Origin: Podospora anserina
Lineage: Eukaryota
DNA length: 64,000 nt
Assembly: GCA_017654855.1 (NCBI GenBank)
Contig: CM030335.1
Coordinates: 1,984,001-2,048,000 of the forward strand
Direction of reading: 5' to 3'
A program made the position numbers and the translations under genes. The notes below the pieces were generated by a model. That model was given only the letters and a program-made list of their open reading frames with translations. It did no database searches and was not told the DNA's origin. Shown one piece after another: positions 50,431 through 60,705 of this stretch. Position 1 is the first letter of the stretch. Each line of letters begins with the position of its first letter.

Positions 50431-51207
50431 ATGGTCGCCGACGCAGTAATCTACCACCCCACCATCACCCACTACCTCAAGTTCGTCGGCACCACCGTCG
50501 GCCGCGACAAGCTCCTCCGCACGCTCCAGTACTTTGCCCGCTTCTACGCCTGGTACCTCCTCCGCACCAACGCGACCAAGACGGCCATCCAACCATGGGA
50601 GACCATGAAGAAGCAGTTCGGCCTCGTCCGCAAGGTCCTCCGCGCGGGCAAAAACGTCGAGCACTTTAAGGCTGCCGCGCTGGCGGCGGACAACAAGACG
50701 ATGGACCCCGTGCTGAGATACACTGCCGTGGGGAGACAGCTCGGTTACGCGGGGTATCTCTCGATGGATCTGCTGACGTTGCTGGATGCGACGGGGATCA
50801 AGAAGAGCCCTAACGCGAAAAGGCTGCAGCAGGAGGCGTATAGGTTTTGGGCGGCGGGGATTACGTTTAGTATTGTTGGGCAGCTGTATACGCTTTGGCA
50901 GTTGAAGAAGAGGGAGGAGAAGGTTGATCGGAAGGAGGGGGAGGGGGTGGTGGAGGGGAAGAGGATTGCCAAGTATGTTTTCGAAAAGGGGTGGATGGAC
51001 GACGAGGATGATGATGATGATGATGATGCTAACGTTGGGAATAGGGAACGTGCGGCTAGCAGGTTGCAGCTTACTTCGGATCTCTGCGACATTACTGTTC
51101 CTCTTTCTGCTCTGGCCTGGGTCAACTTTGATGATGGCATTGTTGGTTTGGCTGGTACCGTCAGCAGCTTGCTGGGTGTGTACTCGCAGTGGAACAAGAC
51201 TGCCTAG
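50431..51207 (+). CDS. PEX11: Peroxin Pex11; intron 50973-51044
   Basis: TTVGRDKLLRTLQYFARF, RKVLRAGKNVEH, DDGIVGLAGTVSSLLG. Confidence 0.95.
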   Translation: MVADAVIYHPTITHYLKFVGTTVGRDKLLRTLQYFARFYAWYLLRTNATKTAIQPWETMKKQFGLVRKVLRAGKNVEHFKAAALAADNKTMDPVLRYTAVGRQLGYAGYLSMDLLTLLDATGIKKSPNAKRLQQEAYRFWAAGITFSIVGQLYTLWQLKKREEKVDRKEGEGVVEGKRIAKYVFEKGWMDDEDDDDDDDANVGNRERAASRLQLTSDLCDITVPLSALAWVNFDDGIVGLAGTVSSLLGVYSQWNKTA

Positions 51208-52429
51208 GAAGTCAGGTTTCGGGATGATTGAGGGCGATTGGGAGAGGGGACGGGGAAACCGACAAAATTTACAGAACGGGGGTTGCTGGCTGGCGGAACA
51301 GCAACGGACAGACGATGATTGCAGATGTGTTTTGGCAGGAGGTGGATGAGTTGGTATGACGAGCGGTGTTTTGATACCTTTTCTCTTTTTTGAGATTCAG
51401 AGTTGTGTTTGGTGGTTTTTCGTTGCTGTAGTTGTACGTGTAACTCGTGGTAGCTCTTTCACATGTCAGCTTTGGAAGTTCAGCTTGTGTTTGCATGGTT
51501 TTGGACGAGGTCGATGGGTAATGTTTAGAATGCTTTGGTGAAGCTGTTTCAGGCTTGATTTATTTTACGCAGGTAGCTTTCTTGCAATGCAATTTCCATT
51601 CACGGTAGCACTTATTGAACCCCTCCATGATTTGAGAGAATTGAACCCCTCGTGAGAATCCTTGGCTGGAAGTGTTGATCCTTGTCCGAAAGCCGATGAC
51701 TCCATTTCGGTCCCGGGCGTGTGGACACCGAACCCCAAGCTGCCAGAGTTTGGTGGGGTTCGTTGCGGAAGCTTGGACGAGACAGTGAAGGCCCCCCACC
51801 CCCCTGCTAAACCTCTTATCAAATGCGACAGCAACGTCCAGTGTCACTCTTCATGCCCTCAACAAATGAGATGGCATGATGCTGATGTCGCACACATCGT
51901 CGAGAGCCTGAGATATCATGAAGAGCGTAGACAGCTTTGCATAGGTGTCACCACGTGCCACATCTCCAGCCATGTCGGTGACTTCAACCCCGCCAAAGTT
52001 GGATGACGATGCTGGGATCCTACAACTCACATCTGCGATGCGACAGGCCCAAGCAATCGGTCAGTGATCGAGCCAAGACGCTTCCAGACAGATTCCCAGC
52101 AGCAGCGGGATGACGGGGGGTATTCAAAATGCCTGTTTCATCAGGGGAGCTAACCCCTCGGCACCTTCTTCAGATCCTCTCGGTTTCAACGGCGGCCGGG
52201 CTGAGGTTCCATTCTGGCGGCGGCTAGATCCAGTCGTGACGTTTTTGTATCCGTATTTCAAGTTGGCTAGCACCCCGCTTACAGTTCCCAGGTTGCTGGT
52301 TGGTGTGCCTGGCGCTGAATGCTTCCTGATCCATATCTTGGGAAACTTTGGTCTTTCGAAAGAGTTCCTCCCTCCTTCTCTTGTGTCCCGTCCCGCATTC
52401 GTCCAGTTTTCGTCCCGCCGCCACCCAGC

Positions 52430-52467
52430 CCCTCTCATATTGACGACCCTCTCATATTGACGACCCT
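52430..52467 (+). repeat. 17-bp tandem duplication in the PKS upstream region
   Basis: ccctctcatattgacga repeated twice. Confidence 0.8.
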
Positions 52468-52826
52468 CCCCAACCGCAACCGGAACTGCTGCCACTGAGC
52501 TTGGGCCCTTCAACAAAAACCTTTGCTGAGGATTGGCACTGTTGAGGATCTGAGCATCGTGATAGCTTCACTTGTGACTTGGCACGTGCTCAGTAATCAT
52601 TCGCTTGCCCTCTGGACGAGTACCTACGGGCAATAACAGAACCGAGGTTGGGAACCTGCATATCTGCCTCCCAACAATACCGTGTTTGCCCCTCCAGGCC
52701 TCCCCGCGGCACATATTTGACCCGGAGCGCGAACAGCATCATTTAATACCCCATTCGGCCTCACTCACCACCAACTGACGCCCCGACAATCCGTCAACCC
52801 TCCTGCTTTTACCTCCAACCTCAAAA

Positions 52827-54284
52827 ATGTCTGTCTCGACGGAAGCCAGAGAGCTGGGTCTCTCCATCCTGGGCCTGGGAACCCGATACCCTCCTTACAC
52901 TCTTGACTCCCGCGCGGTCGAGGAACTGAGCAAGCGCTACCATCCGGAAACACCAGCGTATGTGTCGCCCCTCATACTTTCCTACTCTCGAGACCATTGG
53001 CTGACTGCTCCCTCACAGCATGCAAAAAGTCCTCGCCATCAACCGCTTCACCGGCATCGACAAGCGCTCCTCCATAGGCCGACCGGACCACTGGCTCGTA
53101 AACCAACCCGAACCACCAACGATCGCCCAACTCCACGATGTCTTCATGTCCGACGGTGTCCCCCTCGCCATCTCGGCCTCGAAAGAAGCACTTGCCGAAG
53201 CGCACATCAACGACGTATCACAAATCACCCACATGGTCTCAGCAACCTGCACTGATTCTGCCAACCCAGGATACGACCACTACGTCGCCAAAGCCCTCGG
53301 TCTCTCTCCATTCGTTGAGAAAACTCTGCTTCATGGCGTTGGTTGCTCAGGTGGCTTGGCAGCGCTGAGAACAGCAGCCAATCTCTGCCTAGGCCATAGC
53401 ACGAGGGGATTGCCCGCGAGGATATTGGTTGTTACGTTGGAGATCTCCACGACGTTAGTCCGCTCGGAGCTGGAATCTATACATAGTAATCAGGAGACGA
53501 GAATTGGGGTTTGTTTGTTCAGCGACTGCGCCTCGGCGGTAGTCGTCTCAAACGACATCCCCTTTTCACCAACCGAACCGCTACCGCCACCAGTCTATAG
53601 CCTTCTCGACTGGAGGCACCAAACCGTCCCCGACACGGAACAAGACCTCGGCTTTGACACGCACCCCCAAGGCTGGAAAGTAGTTCTTTCCCCTCGCGTC
53701 CCGAACCTCACAGCGTCGGTCTTGGAACCGACGTATAACTCGTTAATGTCGGGAAAGAAGCTCCCGGAGGGGTATGGCTCGCCAAAGGACTTTGACTGGG
53801 CGATGCACCCAGGGGGAGCGACGATTCTGACGGGGGCCGAGAAGGTGCTGGGGATACAGCCGGAGCATATGAGGGCGAGCTATGATACGTATGTCAATCA
53901 TGGAAACTCGAGCTCGGCGACGATTTTTAGCGTGCTGAATCGGTTGAGGGGGAAGGAGATGGATGGGGTGGCTCCGGGGGGGAGGGGGCGAGGGAGTTGG
54001 TTGTGGGTTGTGCTTTTGGGCCGGGGATCACGGTGGAGATGTGTCTGTTGAGGAGGAATCTGAGCAGGACGGAAGGGGGGAGGAAGGGGATGGAGACGCC
54101 GCCGGAGACGGAGGAGAGTAGTGAGGATGGGGAGGGGGGGCGTGAGGTGAGCGAGGAGGAGAAGAAGGGGAGTGAGGTGAGCGAGGAGGAGAAGAAGGGG
54201 AGTGAGGTGAGTGAGGAGGAGAAGAAGGGGAGCGAGGAGGAGGCGTTTATAGCTAAGGCGTTGGAGAGTGTAGAGCTGGACTGA
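52827..54284 (+). CDS. Type III polyketide synthase (Neurospora ORAS-like alkylresorcylic acid synthase); intron 52958-53018; frameshift in G-runs at 53976-53988
   Basis: Cys-His-Asn triad GVGCSGG, MHPGGATIL, HGNSSSATI; terminal VVGCAFGPGITVE lies in another frame. Confidence 0.92.
54142..54239 (+). repeat. 30-bp coding tandem repeat (EVSEEEKKGS x3) in the PKS acidic tail
   Basis: gtgaggtgagcgaggaggagaagaagggga about three copies. Confidence 0.9.
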
Positions 54285-55586
54285 GGAGGGTGGTGAGAAA
54301 AGGGGGTGTATATATGTGGTGTGTTGAACCGCGGGCGGTATGAAACGAGTCGTATGGCGACCTCACTTGGGAGGCAAGCGGCCGACTATGGGGGGGGGGA
54401 GTACCTACGGGCCTTGGGCTAGACGTGTATATTTTCCCAACAGATACCATATCAATCTTTCTTCTCCTGATTCCCGGTGATATATGGCACAGGCACATTG
54501 AAATGGAGCTTCTCTCTTCTAACTAACCGCTCTCACTCACTCACCTCACCCTCATTTCCAAACCCTGGCCTTTTTGTTTTCCTGAACCCATGATGCTGAC
54601 CAGGTGATCGAACGGTGTGGAGCCAAAATCAAGTAAACTGATAACGACCAAACGCGGGGTGATAAGGACCATTTGCCCCACTATAGTTCCACCATCCCTT
54701 TAGGCACACGGTTCCCCCCCCCGCCCTCTTTACCTTCACCGGCTTTTTTTGTACAGCAGCGCGCGTGCTCTTCAAACAACAAGTCAAGACGTTTAACCAA
54801 CCAGAGAAGGTACGCCCATAAAACTTTGTTTGGACCGACGGTTACACAACCTGAAACGGCACCGACTTTGTTCAACGCGCGTTGCGCGAGGAAGATGATT
54901 GGTCTGTGAGAGGTGTCTGACAACACGTGTACAGGGCGTTGGTTTGAGTGCCGAAGAAGGAGGCAATCGATGGATCCCAGCCTCTTATTTTTTTAGGGCA
55001 GAGTGGGGTGCTGGGGGGATAGGTTTATTACCACGCGATGATATTGGTGGGGTTTTATGAGCTGGCCGTGCGCGCGCGGCCTGAGGGATGAGGCACGTTC
55101 CGCAGTGTGCGTTGTGTGGACTGAGGGGTGGGTGAGAGTCACAGCTGAGAGGGGAGACCGAAAGGGAATTATTGAATGGGGTCTCTCATTCCAGATTTGG
55201 GTTTTCTAGATTTTTTATTTTTATTTTTATTTTTATTTCTATGTTCATTATTATTTTCATTTTCATTTTCATTTTCATTGGGAAATACAAACAACAACAC
55301 AGAACATTTACAGAACGCAAAAGTAAAGCAGGCCTTTTCGCATCGCTCGTTTTATTTCAGCTTGTCTGATAGCCCAAACGAACACACTACCAAGAACACT
55401 ACCACACCGCTGCCTGGAACTGATAGCCAAACCAAACGCCCGCACACCCCTCCTCACCCCTCCTCCTCTCATCCCTACCACACCACCAGTCTACCTACTT
55501 ATCTCCCTAGCTCCGCTTCGGTCATCCATATCCTCCCCCTTTTTTTTTTCCTGACCGAACCATTTCATTCACTTCATTCATCTCTA

Positions 55587-56363
55587 ATGCCCTCACTCTT
55601 CACAATCAACAACAACGTCTCCCTAATCAGCATCACCATCGCGCCCTCAGCCTGGATCGCGTCCCTAGTCGTCTCACTCTTCTTCGCCTTCCTCTACCTC
55701 CCGCCTCTAATCAAATCATCCACGCCCGCGTCAAGGGCCAATTTCTTCTACCGGATCAAGCAGTTTTTTTCTCTGCAGGGCCCGTTCTACTCCGAGGAGG
55801 AAGACGGCGAGTTTCAAAAGACGGTGCTCCAGCCCATCATCGAGGAGCCCGACGCGGAGGAGAGGGAGGAGCAGAGGGAGTACGAACGGAGGCGGAGGAT
55901 CAAGAAGAGGAAGCAGGAGATTGAGGATCTGAGGCCGGGGTTGTTACCCGGGAGGGAGCTTATCGGGGAACTTGGCTGGGGGAGCGAGCGGAGGAGGGAA
56001 AAGGAGAAGAGGACGTCGTCGTCGCTGTTGAAGATCAGGAGCGGGAGTAAGAGTGAGAAGCGGTCGTCGAGGGATAAGGAACGGGATAGTACGGAAAGAG
56101 ACGGCAGCGACGGTGATGGTGGACACGGCAAAGATGGCAGATTACTACGGCAGCAACAAACAACCCAAGTCGTTGCAACCGTCGTACGGGTACCACTCGG
56201 CCGCAACCGATCCGCTGAGCGAGACAGAGATGGGGGAGGGGGACAGCGATCTAGAGGATCTGGAGGTTTCTGGGGGCGGATATTCTCCTCCGGCGTGGAG
56301 ACGGCTGGGAGACGGAGGTCGCAGCAGCGGTTTCTGGCAGCCCCAGACGGTGATCAGGAGTGA
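55587..56363 (+). CDS. ORF A: 258-aa protein with N-terminal transmembrane helix and charged helical region; overlaps ORF B
   Basis: MPSLFTINNNVSLISITIAPSAWIASLVVSLFFAFLYLPP (hydrophobic) then FQKTVLQPIIEE...RRRRIKKRKQEIEDLRPG; continuous stop-free frame. Confidence 0.62.
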   Translation: MPSLFTINNNVSLISITIAPSAWIASLVVSLFFAFLYLPPLIKSSTPASRANFFYRIKQFFSLQGPFYSEEEDGEFQKTVLQPIIEEPDAEEREEQREYERRRRIKKRKQEIEDLRPGLLPGRELIGELGWGSERRREKEKRTSSSLLKIRSGSKSEKRSSRDKERDSTERDGSDGDGGHGKDGRLLRQQQTTQVVATVVRVPLGRNRSAERDRDGGGGQRSRGSGGFWGRIFSSGVETAGRRRSQQRFLAAPDGDQE

Positions 56364-58020
56364 CGGCCAGCGGGATGGGTTTAACAGGCAGTATGATTTG
56401 CTGGGGAGGTCGATGAGGGAGGATAGTCCCGATAGTGTGATGGATGGGCTGGCGGGGTATGGAGGGGGTTATGGGCAAAGGGGGGAGGATGCACACTGGT
56501 TGAATGATGAGATCTTGCAGGAGGCGATCAGGACGAGGTTGCCGGAGAGTGTGTCCCCGGAAAAGGAGAGGAGTCCAGAGTTGGAGGACAACTACTGGAA
56601 GAATCACCAAATATACGGAAACAACCAGCAGCAGGAGCAAAAGAAGCTGGGGAGCATCGACGAGACCATCAAGATTAAACAGGAGGACTGGGAGGAGGAG
56701 GAGCAGCGGCAAGGAAGAGGGGTGGCTTTGAGTGCGATTCCAGAATTTTCGCCAGTTCGGGATGGACCCGTGACGACGCCAAAACCAGAAGAAGAAATTG
56801 CTGATAACTGTGAGTTTGGCTCTTGTTTCCTCTCTCCCATCACCGCACAACGCAAATCTCATGCCGTGTCTTCAGACATTCGCTTCGCCGTCCGCGCCGA
56901 AGTCCAACACCGCACCGAACCCATCGATGCCACCATCAACTTTTTCCGGCGTGTCTCCCAATCCGTCACACGGTCCAAAACCTCCCTCTTCGCCTCCCTC
57001 CTCATTGCCCTCCTCTCTTTCATCGTGACGCGTCACCTCACCCACCCCCTCACCCCTCCTCCAGTCCCCGACCTCGTCAAAGTCGCCTCCGTCGCCCGCT
57101 CCCTCGAGCCATTGATTTACTACTCCGAAAACGGCGCAGCCCAAGTGACATCCCTCCAAGCCACCTCGGTCGCAGTCTGGGACCTGTCCGAATCCATCAG
57201 AACAAGCAACCTCACCTCGGCCCCCCTAATCGTCTCCACCCTCGACGACCTGGCCGACTCCCTCCAGATTTTGTCGTTGGAGCTGACCAAATTCTTCGCC
57301 AACGTCGACGGAGACATTGACGGGATTCTGATCACCATGTCCTGGGCCCGTCGCGAACTCTCCACCCTCTCCTCCTCCCCTCCCCCGTCTCCCCTCATCA
57401 ACAACATCTTATCCCTCCCTTTCATCCCCTCCATCTTCGGCCCGACCCACCCCCAGCGGACACAGCGAACCCTCCAACGCACATTCAACGAACTGCTCAA
57501 CGTGCTCGAAGAGGCGGTAGAATCCGAACTCTCCCACTCCTTATCCCTGTTTCGACTCTTCTCTTCAATAGACTCCCAGTTCCTAACCCTGACCCGAACC
57601 GTAACGCGCGAGTCATCAAATCAGGAGTCCCTCCACAACGACCTCCTCTCTTCCCTCTGGGTCCGTCTCCTAGGCGCTAAAAAGGGGGAACTAGCAAAGT
57701 TTGAGAAGAATCGAGAACTGCTGAAGGATGTGAGGGAGAAGACGGTGAGGAATAAGGGTGTGCTGGTGGAGCATAACCAGAAGTTGTTGGCTCTCAAGGC
57801 TAGTCTGGAGGCGCTGAGGAGGAAGCTTGTCAGTCCGCTGGTGAGGAGTATCAACTCTAGCACCCTGACGCTGGAGGAGCAAGTGAGGGGGTTGGAGGAG
57901 GCGGGGGGGTATCTTGAGGGGGTGAGGAGCCGGCAGAAGGGGAGGGTGATGGAGATGCTTTATGGGGGTGGGTCAGGGGCTTGGGGCCATAAGACGATTG
58001 TTGAGATTGGGGATGTGTAA
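56116..58020 (+). CDS. ORF B: membrane-anchored coiled-coil protein of unknown function (ATG at 56116 or 56134); intron 56810-56875
   Basis: Disordered N-terminus, YIRFAVRAEVQHRTEPI, TM helix SLFASLLIALLSFIVT, PVPDLVKVA and a long helical C-terminal domain. Confidence 0.85.
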   Translation: MVDTAKMADYYGSNKQPKSLQPSYGYHSAATDPLSETEMGEGDSDLEDLEVSGGGYSPPAWRRLGDGGRSSGFWQPQTVIRSDGQRDGFNRQYDLLGRSMREDSPDSVMDGLAGYGGGYGQRGEDAHWLNDEILQEAIRTRLPESVSPEKERSPELEDNYWKNHQIYGNNQQQEQKKLGSIDETIKIKQEDWEEEEQRQGRGVALSAIPEFSPVRDGPVTTPKPEEEIADNCEFGSCFLSPITAQRKSHAVSSDIRFAVRAEVQHRTEPIDATINFFRRVSQSVTRSKTSLFASLLIALLSFIVTRHLTHPLTPPPVPDLVKVASVARSLEPLIYYSENGAAQVTSLQATSVAVWDLSESIRTSNLTSAPLIVSTLDDLADSLQILSLELTKFFANVDGDIDGILITMSWARRELSTLSSSPPPSPLINNILSLPFIPSIFGPTHPQRTQRTLQRTFNELLNVLEEAVESELSHSLSLFRLFSSIDSQFLTLTRTVTRESSNQESLHNDLLSSLWVRLLGAKKGELAKFEKNRELLKDVREKTVRNKGVLVEHNQKLLALKASLEALRRKLVSPLVRSINSSTLTLEEQVRGLEEAGGYLEGVRSRQKGRVMEMLYGGGSGAWGHKTIVEIGDV

Positions 58021-58506
58021 AGGGGTTGGGGGGGGGTGGGGCTTTCTATTCTTTCTTTCTTTTTGTTTGGGAAATTCGGGCATGCTTGATACCAGCGGTG
58101 ATATTTGGCAATGGGACTTCCTTGGTCAGGGTAACTAACATGGTTTTTTTTTGGGTTTTTTTTGGTTTGGATCTGGGAGACATCTTCCTTGCTATCATTT
58201 CTGATTTTTCGGCTATCCGGGAGTTCTCTTTCATCTTCTACATTACAAACAAACATACCCCTGGGCTGGAGGCGGCGCGTGTGGTGGTGATGGATGGCGT
58301 CTTGTTCATTTCTTTCTTTCAGGGACAAACAGGGACAGTGCAGGTTTCAGTCTAGCAAATACAAGGTAGAACAGCACAAAGATATCCGATATCATCCAAA
58401 ACAGCAACCCGATTGCTGAGCAATGTTATGAAGAAAAAAAAGAAGAAAAAAAAAGAAAAAAAAAGAAAGAAAAAAAGAAAAAAAAACGCTGGAAAGACAA
58501 ACGCTG

Positions 58507-58582
58507 CGTGGCGGGCCAGGAGTCGAACCTGGGTCTTCGCTCAAACTCGGGACTGTAATGACCGCTATACTACCGCGCCACG
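58507..58582 (-). ncRNA. tRNA-like Pol III element or tRNA pseudogene with non-pairing anticodon arm
   Basis: A-box TAGTATAGCGG, B-box GGTTCGACTCC, perfect T stem CCAGG/CCTGG, D stem GTA/TAC, downstream oligo-T; positions equivalent to 27-31 (GTCCC) and 39-43 (AGCGA) do not pair. Confidence 0.7.
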
Positions 58583-59242
58583 AAAACACTGCCAGAAATT
58601 CAAAATCAAATGCCCAGGCAGACTGTAAAGTTTGGTTGTGGCGTGGAGTAGTGCCAGACGATGAGGGTGGTGGCGTTGACATGTGTGGAGTTTCAACCCC
58701 CAACGCTCCCGTGGCCCCAAAACAGCAGAACTCAACAAGATGGATAGCGTAGGGTATCTTATTACTACATGGAATAGCAACAAGTGAGATGGCAGCCCCA
58801 ATGACCCGCCATCTCCCAGGCCAATCGAATCTATGTACAGCCTTCCATTAGCCCCTTGCCCCGTGATTATGCGCAAGATACTCAACAAAGGTCGGCCAAC
58901 TGAGCCCTCTATTGGTGAAGTAGCTGGTTTGGTCACATATTGCGGAGCACCACTGTTAGCCGTCCATCTTCTTCTCAAAATTAGAAACAGAATCAAGAGC
59001 AGGGCAAACCAGGGAGCAACCCGAGCGAAGGATAGCAAGACCATAAACGCCAAATTCCCTCCCATTGATCTCAGCCAGTTGATCTCAACGCTAGCCGTCA
59101 TGTCCTCCTTGCTGATGATGTGTCGAATGATGATGCCGCTATGAACGCCGGGACGAGAATGAATAGTCTCCCATGGGGGGCCGGAAAAGGTTCTGAAAGT
59201 AGAAAACAACCCGAGTTAGTCCAAGACTCTTTTGAAGAATGC

Positions 59243-60259
59243 TCAATCCAAATCTTCGTTGGGTTGGTAGATGTGCCGACTGCGGGTAGGGTCTTTGCGC
59301 ATGGTCTGGCCAGAGCCAGTAAACCCGACTATGCAGCAAGTTAGCAATCGGTTTCCCATGCAAGTGGACATCAGACAAGACATACCTCTCCCCTTGACAC
59401 CCTCCGGCGTGCGGAACATGCTCTCCTTCTTCGCAGCCTTCCCAAACTTTCCCTTTTGAGTAAACTCCTGCCACTTATTCTTCCCCGCCTCCAGCTCCTT
59501 CGTCGCCTTTATCTTCTTGAACTTCGGTTTCGGCTTCTCGTCTGGGTTGTTCTCCGCCGCGGCCTGCGCCTGGGGGTACATGTCAGCAGGAGCAGACTTG
59601 ACGATCCCATTGTTCACTGTTGGCGTCGCAGAACCCGAACCGTAGGCTGGGGTAGATGATGAAGAAGACGGGCCAGCTGTAGGCGCTGTGCTGATCCCGT
59701 CAGCCTTGCGCTTCTGGGCAGGCATGGGCTTTATATCCTTCGCTCTCAACGTCTCAACCGTATCATAGCTCTTGAACTTGACAGTGTAAATCGGCGCGGT
59801 CTTGGAGCCGGTAACTGACGTGATTCTCGCCGGGTAGAAGCCCTTGTCGCCTGTCGCCCATTTGGCCATCACTGTGTCGTTGACTTGGTAGTTTACAACG
59901 ACGTCCGACTCCTTCTCCTCGGCCGCTTCGGGGCCGGCTTTCTTGAAGGCTGGGTGGTTCTCTCGCGACCACTTCTCCTTTGGCGCTGGCGGTGGGGAGG
60001 GCTGTCGCTTCGGCGGCGCGGGCGCGGATTTAGGCTTCAACTCAGCGATGGAATCATTGATCATCTGGATCATGCCCTCAAGGTCACCCTTGAGGGTCTG
60101 GAGTTCGGCGTTATCGGGATCATCTTTGAGCGATGTGACGACGAGTTCGAGCTGGATTCAGTCGGCTTAGTGACACAGTTCAAGCAGCAGGGGATGAGTA
60201 GGGGTTGCACATACCTGATTCTCGTACTCTTGTCTCTCGGCTTCTAGTTCAGCGCTCAT
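59243..60259 (-). CDS. SPF30: Tudor-domain splicing factor SPF30/SMNDC1-like; introns 60152-60214 and 59329-59385
   Basis: YENQLELVVTSLKDDPDN, Tudor VMAKWATGDKGFYPARITS...VKFKSY, SMFRTPEGVKGRVGFTGSG. Confidence 0.85.
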
Positions 60260-60705
60260 GTTGACTGTGTTTTGCACGTGCGGAGATCCAAAGTCGATGG
60301 ATACTTTGCAGTCGTGTCGAAGGATGACAGTTGAAAAGTTGGCGGGGCGCGTGATGCTCATTCAACCCAGGATGGGAGACCAGAATAGTAAACGCACGGA
60401 CTATTTCTAGATTCACTTGAACTGGGTTTTCGCACGGTGCTCGCACTATCATGGACAGGCAAAAGTCTCCTGTCTCAAGAATTATCCTGAAAAGTATGGC
60501 ATAAAACTGTGGCTGTTTAAAGAGGCAGACTGAGACAGCTCCAGTAGAAAGAAAGATTTCCAGATTGAGGCAAAGTACAGGTGAGCCAAAGCAAACACAG
60601 CTTGAAAAAAGACAGTTCACGAACCAATGTAGTTTATCCACAAGGAGGCATCTCCATTATATCTTCCATTCTGTCCAGCGCGCATTATATACCTCCAAAG
60701 TTTGC

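Noticed and set aside
22936-54284. P450 plus type III PKS as a secondary-metabolite cluster
   Set aside because: About 28 kb apart and separated by housekeeping genes
55176-55586. Upstream extension of ORF A in the ORF track (FLFLFLF...FSFSFS)
   Set aside because: Translation of (TTTTTA)n/(TTTTCA)n microsatellites from a non-ATG start; the first in-frame ATG is 55587
58507-58582. Selenocysteine tRNA reading of the 9-bp acceptor stem
   Set aside because: No UCA anticodon on the transcribed strand, no long variable arm, and a 5-bp T stem
58565-59209. Minus-strand ORF with a hydrophobic stretch between SPF30 and the tRNA-like element
   Set aside because: No recognisable motif, lies in the probable SPF30 3' region and runs into the tRNA-like element; cannot be supported without homology or expression data
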